Below are positions 1 through 10,667 of a DNA stretch of 64,000 nt, piece after piece (within the stretch, counting starts at the first letter, position 1; the number at the start of each line of letters is the position of its first letter). The stretch comes from Acidobacteriota bacterium (GTDB taxonomy: Bacteria; Acidobacteriota; UBA6911). The position numbers were made by a program, and so were the translations under genes. The notes under the pieces were generated by a model. That model was given only the letters and a program-made list of their open reading frames with translations. It did not search any database and was not told the DNA's origin. The stretch is from contig OY761556.1 of NCBI GenBank assembly GCA_963664705.1, positions 1,568,001 through 1,632,000 of the forward strand. The letters are read 5' to 3'.

Positions 1-2
1 TT

Positions 3-3000
3 ACCACGGACGGCAGCACCGGAGATCCGGTTTCCGGCAACAACGGGCCATCGCAAGCGGTAGTAAGCGTGACCGCGGGTACGGACCTCCGCGCAAATAA
101 GTCGATGGTTTCGAATCTCACGGGAATGACGACTTTTGCAACGGGAGAAGCGGTTACGTTAACCCTTTCGGCCACCAACCTCGGGCCGCAGAATGCAACG
201 GGTGTAACCATTACCGATAGCGTGACGGCTGATTTCAGCATTGGAATATTGCCTGGCGGATGTTCATCGATCGGGCAGGCTATAACGTGCACAGTCGGCG
301 CATTGAACAACGGCGTGACCTCTTCCGGCTTCGTCATTCCACTGACAGTCGTGGGAGCCGCCGGAAACAGCGGGACAAATAGCGCAGGCGTAACAAGGAC
401 AGCGCCGGTTGGGGGATTGAACACAGCCGCGACCGTCGGTTACACGATCAGTGCCCCCTTCGCTCATTTGACGATTGCAAAGAGCAAAGCGCCAAACCCG
501 GTTGCGGCAGGCGCCAATATCACCAACACTATCACGATTACAAATTCCAACAGCTCGACCTCCGCGGCAACCGGGACCATTCGTACTACCGACGTTCTTG
601 ACGCCAACGAGAAGTTCGTTTCCTTTTCCGGAAGCGGTTGGGGTTGTTCCGGGCTCCTGGCCGGCGAAACGGGCACGATTACGTGTGATTACAGCGGGGC
701 GAACCTTGCCAGGGGGGCATCATTGCCAGCCCTGACCATTATTACCCAGACTGACACCGGATATCTTGGTCCCATTAGCAACACTGCCTGTACGGGACAA
801 TCCGCCGGTTCCCCTCATACGCCGGCCGATAATTCGAGCACCGGCAACTGCCAGAGTAGAACAGTGACCGCGACGCCTCGTTATGTAGATCTCTCAGTCG
901 CCAAATCCGCCAGTACCGCGCATCTGCTTATCACCGATAACACCTTCAATTATACATTGACCATTGCGAATGCAGGTCCCGACATGGCGCCAACCGTCAG
1001 GGTGAACGATGTGCTCAATGCCTGGTACAGCGGTCTCGCGGGGAGTGCGAGTGGGAGTGCGGAGATTGGCGGCGCCGTTGGGGGCGAATCGTGTTCCTTC
1101 GGTTCAACCGTGAGCTGTACGCTTTTGGACATTGCGGGCGGGACATCCCGCACCATCACCATCACTCTCAATCGGCCGATGAAAGATGGAACGATTGCGA
1201 ATACCGCGACTGTTTCCACTCCTGATGCGATCGACACTGTGCCGGGCAACAACTCCGGCTCCGTCAGCCTCACGATCGATCCGCTTGCCAACGTAGGGGT
1301 TACTTCAATCGCGGCGGCTCCCGATCCGATCAAGGTCGGAGTTCAGCTTACCTATACGACGTCGATCAAGAACAACGGCCCGAGTACGGCGGCCGGGGTT
1401 GTATTGCGGCACCTGATCGATCCGGCAAAGGTGACCTATTCCACCGGTTCTGCCAGTTTGACGATTGGCGGATCCTGCAGCTATATCAGTTCTTTTGTTG
1501 GGGCGCCTTACGCGGGCCAATCCGGCATAGAGTGCAGCGGCTTTTCGCTTTCAAACGGGGAATCCCGACAGCTTACTTTCAAGGTTATCCCCGTTTACCC
1601 GTATCCCGGTGGAGTACCCAATACCTATAGCAGCACCGCTTATATAACAACGACGACTCCGGAAACGGATTCCCCCGGCTATGCAAACAACGAGAACAGC
1701 AATTCGACGGGCGTCATTATTGACGCATTGGATCTCGCGGTAACCGATAATGACCCGAGCTATGATCCTACGGCGTTTGGCGATGCGATCATTTATCAGA
1801 TCAAAGTACAGAACAACGGGCCTTCCCAGGCTACCGCCTTTACCCTGACTGTGACTCCTGTACCTCCACCGCAGGGCGGCGCTTTGGACCCATATGCGAT
1901 GACCTACAACGCCACAGGCAGCAGCCTGCCTGTAGGAGCAACCTGCAGTCCAGTCGGATCGGACATTGTATGTTATCTGGGCGCCGGACCGTCCAGCAGC
2001 TATCTGGCCCTTAACAGCAGCCAAACCTTCAGCCTGAAATTCGACACGGGGCCTCTCACCAACATCCCGAGTGGATCACTGACCTATAAAACAATCGCGA
2101 CGGTCAGTTCAAACGAGACTTTGGCCGGGGACGATTCACTTCCGGGAAACAACAGCGTTACCGAAACAACCACCGTTCTGCCCAAAACAGACCTTATGGT
2201 TGTCAGCAAAGCTGTCTCTAAAGCGACCGTGGACATTAATGAACCGTTTACGTACACGGTGACAGTCGGCAACAAGGGGCCGTCCGATGCCGCGGGGATG
2301 AAGGTAACGGATATTCTTCCTGCCGGAATCGTTTTGACCGGCGCTGTGACGGTTACGCCGGGTGCATCTGTTTCGTTAACAAGCAATACGTGCACAACTC
2401 CGGGAGTCGGAAACAATGGCACCATTGACTGCACCATTGGGCCGATCCCGACGGATGCGAGTGGAGTCGATGGTACAAAACAGATCACCATCGGAATTCC
2501 GGTCCGTGCTGCCTACCAGTCGAGCGGCACCTATAGTTTTGCCTTCAATACCAATATCACCAATACCGCCACGGCAGCAGTACTCACAGGCGTTTCACTC
2601 GATCCGGACAACAGCAATAACTCACGATCGGTAACGGTGCAGGTGCGCAAGAACAGCATCGGAGGCACCGTCTATGCGGACAATAATAAAAACGACATCA
2701 TTGACGCGGGTGAGGGAATCAACAGCGTTACCCTGACACTGACCGGTACCGATAGCTACGGCAATACCTATCTTTCCAGCGGCGGCACTTATCCGGCCAT
2801 TACCACGACCACTGCCGGGTCGGGAAATACGGGCATTTTCACTTTAGATAAGCTCCCTCCGGGCACATGGGCCATCGCAGAAAGCCAGCCGGCAAATTAC
2901 TACGATGCTTTTGAAACTGCAGGAACCGCCGGAGGAACGGTGCCGCCTGCCACATGCGACGGTACCAATAACTGCGGATCGGCGGCATTACTCAACACAA

Positions 3001-6000
3001 TCAGTGGAATCAGCTTGCCCGCAGATACGGCGACGGCGACGACCGGATACATTTTTCAGGAATATCAGAGAGCGTCGCTGACCGGGTATGTCTATCATGA
3101 TGCCAACAACGACGGAGACAAAGCGGCCGGAGAGACCACCGGCGTAAATACCCAGAGCATTACTCTATCGGGTACTGCTTACAATAATGTGAACGTGTGC
3201 ACGATTATCACCTGCACCATTAATACAAATGCATCCGGACTATACAACTTCAGCACGCTGCCGCCGAGCGATGGCACGGGCTACACAGTAACTCAGAATA
3301 ATCAGCCCGCCGGCTATTTGCCAGGCAAATCGCAGAATGGCGCCGGAGTCGGCAACGTCGTGCCGGGATCGGCCGGAGTCTCTGCGCCAAAGAGCATAAC
3401 TGGAATAGTCCTGACTCCAAGCCAGTCTGCAACCAATCGAAACTTCGGTGAGCTTCGGCCGGCTACGATCAGTGGTTTTGTCTTTATAGACGCGGATGCC
3501 GATGCGGTCCGCGATGCAGGCGAAACATCGGGGATGACAGGCTTGACGGTTGCTTTGACCGGGACTGACGATCTGGGCAATCCGGTTGGGCCTACGAATG
3601 CAACCACAGGTGCCAACGGCAGCTATAGCTTCACCAACAACCGACCGGGCACCTACGCGGTAACCGAAACGCCTCCTTCGGGAGTTGTTCACATCGGGGC
3701 ACAGGCAGGTTCCAAGGGAGGAGACATCGCGGGCTCCACCCGTGCATCAGGCGTTGGAGTGGTGGGGGCCGGAAATCTTTCGATTACCAATATTCCGATT
3801 GTATCCAACGACACTGCCGCTAACTACAACTTCGGCGAAAGCGGGCAGGGGTTGTCGGGCTACGTTTATATCGACAGCAATGCGAACGGCATTATGGATG
3901 CTGGAGAACCGGGGATACTCGGGGTGCAAATCACGCTCTCGGGCAACACTGACATAGGAACGAGCGTCTGTGTGGCAATAAATCCGAATCCCTGCACCAT
4001 ATCCACCAACGCTTCCGGCTATTTTCTTTATAGCGGCCTTCCGGCCAGCGACGTCAGCGGCTATACGCTCACTGAGCAGCTGCAAACGGTTTCGCCTCTG
4101 ACAAATTACAGTGACGGTAGCGATAATATCGGAACTGTAGGCGGGACCAGCCGCGGATCGGCTGCCGTCAAAAACCGATTTTCCGGAATCACCCTGGCTG
4201 TTGCAGAAAATGGGATCAACTACAATTTCGGCGAACTTGCCGCCAGGATTTCAGGAACTGTTTACTACGATGCTGACAACGACGGAGCGAAGGGCGGGGG
4301 TGAGGCTGGTTTGTCGGGCATTACGGTAACGATTACCGGCACCAGTGTTACCAGTTCTGCTGTCAACAAAAGCGCGGTAACCGATGCTTCCGGGAATTTC
4401 ACTCTAGGGGATCTTCTGCCGGCAAACGGCTCAGGCTATACCCTGACTGTGACACAACCGGCAAATTACGCCGACGGTAAGAAGTCGGCGGGCACTTCGG
4501 GCGGAACCGCCAATGCGGCGGGTACCAGGACAATTACCGCCATAGCGCTGGGTGCCGGAGCCAATGCTACCGGATATTTCTTCGGTGAGACGCTTGGCAG
4601 CCTTTCCGGAACGATTTATTACGATGCCAATAATGACGGGGCCAAACTGGGCGCGACCGAAGTCGGGATCGGTGGTGTCACGATCACACTGTCCGGTACT
4701 GCCGCTTCAGGCGTGAATGTCTGCACCCTGGCAACCTGTACTGCTGTGACAAATGCCGGCGGAAGCTTCAGCTTCGCCGAACTTCCGGCTGCCAATGGTT
4801 CGGGCTATACCCTGACCGTAACTCAACCAGCAAACTATGCCGATGGCAAGAAGACAGCGGGTACTTCGGGCGGAACCGCCAATGCGGCGGGCACCAGAAC
4901 CATCACGGCCATAGCGCTGGCTGCCGGAGCCAACGGCACCGGGTATTTGTTTGGCGAGACTCTCGGGAGTCTTTCCGGCACGGTTTATTACGATGCCAAT
5001 AATGACGGTGCAAAGCTTGGGGCCGCCGAGACGGGTATCAGCGGGGTATCGATAGCCCTTACAGGTATTGATCTCGCTTCCGGCGCGGCCGTCAGCCAGA
5101 CCGCCGTGACCGACATAAACGGTGATTATTCATTCAGCGATATTCCGGCGAGTGGTGCCGGTGGCTACACTTTGACGGTTACGCAACCGACCAATTACGC
5201 CGACGGCAAAAAAGCGATCGGAACTTCGGGTGGAACGGCCGGGTCGCCGGGTGTCCGTACAATCACCGGCATCAACTTCGCAGCCGGAACAAATGCCACT
5301 GGGTATCTCTTCGGTGAGACGCTCGGCAGTCTCACGGGTACGGTCTATTACGACTCCAATGATGATGGATTCAAACTCGGGGCCTCCGAGACAGGGATTC
5401 CGGGGGTCACAGTCACGCTTAGCGGGAATCTCGCCACGGGAACGCCGGTCAGCGTTAGTTCAGTGACCGATGGCAGCGGTAATTACTCGTTCAGTAATAT
5501 TGGCGCCAGCAGCGCCGGTGGCTACACTTTAACGGTTACTCAGCCGGTAATTTATGCGGATGGCAAAAAGGTCGTTGGGACATCGGGTGGTACGGCCGGA
5601 GCTCCCGGTATCAGAACGATCAGCGACATCCTCTTCGCGAGCGGAACAAATGCCACCGGGTATCTTTTTGGTGAGCGGTTGGGCCGCCTCTCCGGGACGG
5701 TATATACAGACCGAAATAATGACGGTGTTCACGATGCCGATGAACCTGGCATCTCCGGTGTGACGCTGACGCTATCGGGTACCGATGCGGCAGGAGCCGC
5801 AGTCAACCGGAGTATGGTCAGTGCCACGGACGGCAGCTTTAGTTTTGCGGATGTTGCGGCGAGCAACGGTTCCGGTTACACGCTTACGGAAACACAACCG
5901 GTGAACTATGCCGACGGTCTTGAGACTGTTGGCGGCCTCGGCGGATCGGCCGGAGCGGCAGGCACCAGTGTCATCAGCGGCATTGTCTTCACTGCCGGCG

Positions 6001-9000
6001 CCAGCGGGAACGGCTATCTGTTCGGCGACAGGCTGGGCGGACTGATCGGCATTGTCTATGTCGATGACAACAACAACGGCGTTAAGGATGCCGGCGAAGC
6101 GGGCATTGCCAATGTCTCAATAGCTCTGACCGGCACCGATGCGAGCGGGGCAGCGGTAAATCGCAGCGTCATCACTGCATCCGATGGAACCTATAGCTTC
6201 GCAGACGTAGCTGCCTCAAATGGCACTGGATATACGCTCAGCGAAACGCAGCCGGTCGGATATCTTGATGGCATCGAGACTGCGGGTACGCTTGGCGGAT
6301 CAGCCGGAGCGGCGGGCAGCAGCGTCATCAGCGGAATAGTTTATCCTGCCGCATCGAATGCCACTGGGTATCTTTTTGGCGAGCGGTTGGGCGTACTTTC
6401 GGGATTTGTCTACTACGATGCCAACAATAATGGAGCTAAAGAAGCGGGCGAAGAGGGCATTGCCGGAATCGCGATCACATTAACGGGAACCGATGCGGCG
6501 AGCAATCCCGTGAATCGCACAACCACAACGGGAAGTGATGGCGGTTACACCTTTTCAGCCATGCTGTCCGCCAATTCCAGCGGTTACACCCTCACCGAAA
6601 TTCAACCTCCCGGTATGCTTGACGGCAAAGAGACGGCGGGAACGCTAGGCGGAGTGGTCGATAATTCAAGCTTCACATCGCTTGCTGCGCAAAACCAAAT
6701 CAGCGCGATTCCTTTCGCTGCCGGGAATTCGGGGACGAATTATCTTTTCGGCGAGCGGCTTGGCAGCCTTGCAGGAATCGTCTATTACGACCCCAACAAC
6801 AATGGATTGAAAGACCCCGGTGAGACCGGAATCGCCGGAGCCACCCTGACCTTGACCGGCACGGATGCAACGAATGTTGCCATCAACCGTACTGCCACGA
6901 CGGCAGCCGACGGCAGCTATACCTTTGTGGATCTTCCAGCTTCCGACGCGTCGGGCTACACTGTTACCGAGAACCAACCGGTTATCTATTCCGACGGCGC
7001 CGTCACGGTGGGAACAGCCGGCGGCTCAATCGGGATCAACAAAATATCCGCGATCCATTTCGCCGTGGGCATGACGGCAACCGGCTATCTCTTTGGCGAA
7101 CGGCTGGGCAGCCTCTCGGGTACGGTATATACAGACAAAAATGGTGACGGCGTTCGCGATGCCGGCGAGCCGGGTATTTCCGGTATTACAATTACACTTT
7201 CGGGCACCGATGCGGCGGGATCTGCGCTGAGCCGTACTACTCTCACGGTGGATGATGGCAGCTACAGTTTCAAGGAGCTCCCGGTAGCGAACAGCTCCGG
7301 GTACACTCTGACCGAAACCCAGCCGATCAATTACCTCGACGGAAGGGAGACTGCGGGGACGCTGGGCGGCACAGTCGATAACGCAAGTTTTACCGCCCTG
7401 GCAATCCAGAATCGCATCAGCGCTATCCCCTTTGCTCCTGGCGACTCCGGTTCCGGCTATCTCTTCGGGGAGCGGCTGGGCAGCCTTTCCGGAATCGTCT
7501 TTTATGATGCCAACAACAACGGTGCAAAGGAAGCTGGTGAGGATGGATTAGCGGGAGTCGGCGTCAGTCTGACCGGTACCAATATAGGCGGTTCGGCGCT
7601 GAATCTCACCACAGTTACTGCTGCCGACGGCAGCTACAGCTTTGTTGATATTCCGGCGAGCAATGCATCCGGTTACACTCTGACCGAAACTCAGCCACCC
7701 GCCTATACCGATGGTCAGGCAATACCCGGCTCGGCGGGAGGCGCGGCCGGTATCAATGCAATCACTGCAATCAATTTTGCGGCCGGTATCAATGCCGCGG
7801 GATATCTGTTTGCGGAACGTCTTGGCGCTTTGACGGGCAGCGTGTATCTCGATATCAACAATAATAATATTATCGATACAGGAGAAACGGGAATCGCGGG
7901 TGTCACGATTACGCTCTCCGGGATCGATGCCGCGGGTATTCCTGTTAACCGGACCTCCATTACTGCCGGTGACGGCAAGTACGGCTTCAGCGGTCTTCCC
8001 AATGCAAACGGTGCCGGCTATAGATTGGTCGAAACCCAGCCCGCAACCTACCTGGATGGCAAGGTGAGCCGAGGCCTGATCAATGGAGTTGAATGTAATG
8101 CATGCGACACTGCTGCCTACAATCAGATTGGTTCTATCCCGTACAACGCATCCGGGGACTTTGCCTCCTTCAATTTTGGCGAACTGCAGAGTGCCGGCAT
8201 AGCGGGACAGGTCTACCTCGATCTGAATAACAATGGTACGAAAGATGCCAATGAGCCGGGGCTCTCCGGAGTCAGCATCACCGTTGGGGGAACAGATGAT
8301 CGCAGTGCCGCGGTAAACAGCTCCGTTAATACGGATGCAGATGGAAAGTATCGGATCGACGGTCTCAGGCCCTCCTCGACTGCCGGATATACGATCACCG
8401 AGACGCAGCCGGCAGGATATGGGGATCTCAACGGTGCGGCCGGTGTCACTGTCGGTTCAATCAGCACAATGAATGTCGGAACTGCGGCGCTGAACAGCGT
8501 CAGCGCCATCATCCTTCATGCCGGGGAAAGCGGCATTGGCTACAACTTTGGCGACATAGCCGGAGGACTCACGGGATCCGTTTACATCGACGCCAACGAT
8601 AACGGAACAAGGGATGGGGGTGAGTCAGGAATCGCGGGCGTCATGATCAACTTGACCGGAACCGATGCTTCGGGAAAAGCCGTCAGCCTCAGCGCCATGA
8701 CCGCGGCAGACGGCAGTTTCGGTTTCAGTATTTTGCTGGGCGGGACCTACACCCTGACCGAAACGCATCCTTTGATCTTTCGGGATGGCAGGGAGACGGC
8801 AGGCACGGCAGGCGGAACTGTCGATAATGGCAGTTTCGGCTTCGAGGCTGCTCAAAACCGGATTTCCGGCATGACACTGGCTCCGGGAGTTTCGGCGAGC
8901 GGCTATCTGTTTGGAGAGCGTCCCGGGGTGCCGGCAAGCATCTCCGGCACAGTCTGGTATAACAGTATCGCATTAGACCACACGCAACAGCCGGGAGAGC

Positions 9001-10667
9001 ACGGCCTTGCTGGCTGGATTATTGAAGCGGTTCAGAACGGCATCGTTCGCGGGAAGGCAATCTCGGCAGACGATGGCACATTCCAAATTCTTGACCTTCC
9101 TGCCGGCTCAGGTTATGAGCTGCGCTACAAGCATCCACTGAACGGGGCGCTTTACGGAAATCCCGTTTCCCAGGATCCGAACTATCACGATTCGGTGATT
9201 GACCTCAGCGCGCATACGATCGCCAATCTGACCTTGCGGTCGGGCGCAAATATCGTCAAACAGGATTTGCCGCTGGATCCTTCGGGCGTGGTTTATAACT
9301 CCCGAACCCGCAATCCGCTGGCAGGCGCAACGGTTTCGATAAACGGACCGGCCGGGTTCAATGCATCCACGCACTTGCTCGGCGGCATCGCGAATCAGAG
9401 CCAGGTAACCGATGCCTCGGGCTTTTACCAGTTCATGCTTCTTCCGACCGCGCCGTCCGGAACTTACTCGTTGACGCTCACCGCGCCTACGGATTATGTG
9501 CCGGGGATATCTTCCCTGATTCCCCCGACCGCGGGTCCGTTCGATCCAGGGCCCGGCCCCGGCAGCGTTGCGATTCAGACGCAGCCGACCGCTCCGAATC
9601 TTCTCCAGTCAACCCGATATTATGTTTCCTTTACTCTCGGAAGCGGTTCCGCAGGTGTTGTTAACAATCATCTCCCTCTGGACCCGATGCTGGACGGAGC
9701 CATCACGATCCAGAAGACGACCCCTGTGGTCAATGTTCACAAGGGAGACCTCGTTCCGTACACGGTTACAGCCATCAATACACTCTCGGTCCAGTTGTCG
9801 AATATCGACTTGCATGATCGTATGCCTTCGGGGTTTAAATACCGCGACCAAAGCGCTCGGTTCGATAATGCTCAAGCCGCGCCGAACATCGGTGGCCGCG
9901 ATCTTGTATGGAAAAACCTGAGCTTTGCTCCCGGCGAGAAGAAAACCCTCAAGCTGATTCTCGTGGTGGGGACAGGCGTAGGTGAAGGAGAGTACACAAA
10001 TCAGGCCTGGGCCAGCAACAATACTGTGGATGTGGTGGTATCGAATATTGCGGCGGCTACCGTTCGCACAGTGCCTGACCACACCTTTGATTGCACCGAT
10101 GTAATCGGCAAAGTCTTCGACGACAGAAATGCCAATGGCTATCAGGATGACGGCGAACCGGGTTTACCTAACATCCGGATCGCTTCGGCCCGCGGACTCA
10201 TCGTGACCACCGACAGCGAAGGCCGATTCCATGTTCCATGCGCGGCCATACCCGATCCTGACCGGGGATCGAATTTCATCATGAAGCTCGATGAGAGGAC
10301 CCTTCCGGCCGGCTACAGAATAACCACCGAGAATCCGCGGGATGTAAGGGCTACGCGCGGCAAGATGGTGAAACTCAATTTTGGCGCCACGCTCTACCGG
10401 GTGGTCCGCATCGATATGACGGATGCGGCATTCGAGCGAGAGAAGGCGGCGTTGCTCCCCCCGTGGCAAAAGAAGGTGACACAACTCGATGACGCGCTCA
10501 GGGAACATCCCTCGGTTTTGACGATCATCTATCGACGGAATCAGGAACCTTTGAAACTGGCTAAACAACGGACCGAATCCCTGCGCGACATGATGCGGGA
10601 TCGATGGAAGAAGGATAAGCACCGATGCAGGCTCATAATCGAAACAGAGATCGAGGAGGTGCGGTGA
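3..10667 (+). CDS. Giant repetitive surface/adhesin protein (DUF11 repeats, ~17 SdrD-B-like repeats, conserved C-terminal region); 5'-truncated
   Basis: The frame is open from base 3 (TTDGSTGDPVSGNN...), so the true start lies upstream of the window. At least 6 DUF11-type units (DLxVxKS...YTITVxNxGP...DxxPxNN) are followed by ~17 units of GxVYxDxNNxGxxDxGExGIxGVxxTLTG...YTLTETQPxxYxDG...GYLFGE. The C-terminus has a further DUF11 unit and a CTDVIGKVFDDRN...LNFGA segment. Confidence 0.9.
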   Translation, partial: TTDGSTGDPVSGNNGPSQAVVSVTAGTDLRANKSMVSNLTGMTTFATGEAVTLTLSATNLGPQNATGVTITDSVTADFSIGILPGGCSSIGQAITCTVGALNNGVTSSGFVIPLTVVGAAGNSGTNSAGVTRTAPVGGLNTAATVGYTISAPFAHLTIAKSKAPNPVAAGANITNTITITNSNSSTSAATGTIRTTDVLDANEKFVSFSGSGWGCSGLLAGETGTITCDYSGANLARGASLPALTIITQTDTGYLGPISNTACTGQSAGSPHTPADNSSTGNCQSRTVTATPRYVDLSVAKSASTAHLLITDNTFNYTLTIANAGPDMAPTVRVNDVLNAWYSGLAGSASGSAEIGGAVGGESCSFGSTVSCTLLDIAGGTSRTITITLNRPMKDGTIANTATVSTPDAIDTVPGNNSGSVSLTIDPLANVGVTSIAAAPDPIKVGVQLTYTTSIKNNGPSTAAGVVLRHLIDPAKVTYSTGSASLTIGGSCSYISSFVGAPYAGQSGIECSGFSLSNGESRQLTFKVIPVYPYPGGVPNTYSSTAYITTTTPETDSPGYANNENSNSTGVIIDALDLAVTDNDPSYDPTAFGDAIIYQIKVQNNGPSQATAFTLTVTPVPPPQGGALDPYAMTYNATGSSLPVGATCSPVGSDIVCYLGAGPSSSYLALNSSQTFSLKFDTGPLTNIPSGSLTYKTIATVSSNETLAGDDSLPGNNSVTETTTVLPKTDLMVVSKAVSKATVDINEPFTYTVTVGNKGPSDAAGMKVTDILPAGIVLTGAVTVTPGASVSLTSNTCTTPGVGNNGTIDCTIGPIPTDASGVDGTKQITIGIPVRAAYQSSGTYSFAFNTNITNTATAAVLTGVSLDPDNSNNSRSVTVQVRKNSIGGTVYADNNKNDIIDAGEGINSVTLTLTGTDSYGNTYLSSGGTYPAITTTTAGSGNTGIFTLDKLPPGTWAIAESQPANYYDAFETAGTAGGTVPPATCDGTNNCGSAALLNTISGISLPADTATATTGYIFQEYQRASLTGYVYHDANNDGDKAAGETTGVNTQSITLSGTAYNNVNVCTIITCTINTNASGLYNFSTLPPSDGTGYTVTQNNQPAGYLPGKSQNGAGVGNVVPGSAGVSAPKSITGIVLTPSQSATNRNFGELRPATISGFVFIDADADAVRDAGETSGMTGLTVALTGTDDLGNPVGPTNATTGANGSYSFTNNRPGTYAVTETPPSGVVHIGAQAGSKGGDIAGSTRASGVGVVGAGNLSITNIPIVSNDTAANYNFGESGQGLSGYVYIDSNANGIMDAGEPGILGVQITLSGNTDIGTSVCVAINPNPCTISTNASGYFLYSGLPASDVSGYTLTEQLQTVSPLTNYSDGSDNIGTVGGTSRGSAAVKNRFSGITLAVAENGINYNFGELAARISGTVYYDADNDGAKGGGEAGLSGITVTITGTSVTSSAVNKSAVTDASGNFTLGDLLPANGSGYTLTVTQPANYADGKKSAGTSGGTANAAGTRTITAIALGAGANATGYFFGETLGSLSGTIYYDANNDGAKLGATEVGIGGVTITLSGTAASGVNVCTLATCTAVTNAGGSFSFAELPAANGSGYTLTVTQPANYADGKKTAGTSGGTANAAGTRTITAIALAAGANGTGYLFGETLGSLSGTVYYDANNDGAKLGAAETGISGVSIALTGIDLASGAAVSQTAVTDINGDYSFSDIPASGAGGYTLTVTQPTNYADGKKAIGTSGGTAGSPGVRTITGINFAAGTNATGYLFGETLGSLTGTVYYDSNDDGFKLGASETGIPGVTVTLSGNLATGTPVSVSSVTDGSGNYSFSNIGASSAGGYTLTVTQPVIYADGKKVVGTSGGTAGAPGIRTISDILFASGTNATGYLFGERLGRLSGTVYTDRNNDGVHDADEPGISGVTLTLSGTDAAGAAVNRSMVSATDGSFSFADVAASNGSGYTLTETQPVNYADGLETVGGLGGSAGAAGTSVISGIVFTAGASGNGYLFGDRLGGLIGIVYVDDNNNGVKDAGEAGIANVSIALTGTDASGAAVNRSVITASDGTYSFADVAASNGTGYTLSETQPVGYLDGIETAGTLGGSAGAAGSSVISGIVYPAASNATGYLFGERLGVLSGFVYYDANNNGAKEAGEEGIAGIAITLTGTDAASNPVNRTTTTGSDGGYTFSAMLSANSSGYTLTEIQPPGMLDGKETAGTLGGVVDNSSFTSLAAQNQISAIPFAAGNSGTNYLFGERLGSLAGIVYYDPNNNGLKDPGETGIAGATLTLTGTDATNVAINRTATTAADGSYTFVDLPASDASGYTVTENQPVIYSDGAVTVGTAGGSIGINKISAIHFAVGMTATGYLFGERLGSLSGTVYTDKNGDGVRDAGEPGISGITITLSGTDAAGSALSRTTLTVDDGSYSFKELPVANSSGYTLTETQPINYLDGRETAGTLGGTVDNASFTALAIQNRISAIPFAPGDSGSGYLFGERLGSLSGIVFYDANNNGAKEAGEDGLAGVGVSLTGTNIGGSALNLTTVTAADGSYSFVDIPASNASGYTLTETQPPAYTDGQAIPGSAGGAAGINAITAINFAAGINAAGYLFAERLGALTGSVYLDINNNNIIDTGETGIAGVTITLSGIDAAGIPVNRTSITAGDGKYGFSGLPNANGAGYRLVETQPATYLDGKVSRGLINGVECNACDTAAYNQIGSIPYNASGDFASFNFGELQSAGIAGQVYLDLNNNGTKDANEPGLSGVSITVGGTDDRSAAVNSSVNTDADGKYRIDGLRPSSTAGYTITETQPAGYGDLNGAAGVTVGSISTMNVGTAALNSVSAIILHAGESGIGYNFGDIAGGLTGSVYIDANDNGTRDGGESGIAGVMINLTGTDASGKAVSLSAMTAADGSFGFSILLGGTYTLTETHPLIFRDGRETAGTAGGTVDNGSFGFEAAQNRISGMTLAPGVSASGYLFGERPGVPASISGTVWYNSIALDHTQQPGEHGLAGWIIEAVQNGIVRGKAISADDGTFQILDLPAGSGYELRYKHPLNGALYGNPVSQDPNYHDSVIDLSAHTIANLTLRSGANIVKQDLPLDPSGVVYNSRTRNPLAGATVSINGPAGFNASTHLLGGIANQSQVTDASGFYQFMLLPTAPSGTYSLTLTAPTDYVPGISSLIPPTAGPFDPGPGPGSVAIQTQPTAPNLLQSTRYYVSFTLGSGSAGVVNNHLPLDPMLDGAITIQKTTPVVNVHKGDLVPYTVTAINTLSVQLSNIDLHDRMPSGFKYRDQSARFDNAQAAPNIGGRDLVWKNLSFAPGEKKTLKLILVVGTGVGEGEYTNQAWASNNTVDVVVSNIAAATVRTVPDHTFDCTDVIGKVFDDRNANGYQDDGEPGLPNIRIASARGLIVTTDSEGRFHVPCAAIPDPDRGSNFIMKLDERTLPAGYRITTENPRDVRATRGKMVKLNFGATLYRVVRIDMTDAAFEREKAALLPPWQKKVTQLDDALREHPSVLTIIYRRNQEPLKLAKQRTESLRDMMRDRWKKDKHRCRLIIETEIEEVR
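2650..8920 (+). repeat. Intragenic tandem SdrD-B-like domain repeats (~115-135 aa each)
   Basis: The repeats are visible in protein and DNA, e.g. very similar stretches at ~4430-4640 and ~4790-5000. Confidence 0.9.

Noticed and set aside
2650-8920. CRISPR-like or mobile repeat array
   Set aside because: The repeats are in-frame protein domains with synonymous divergence. There are no spacers or cas genes.
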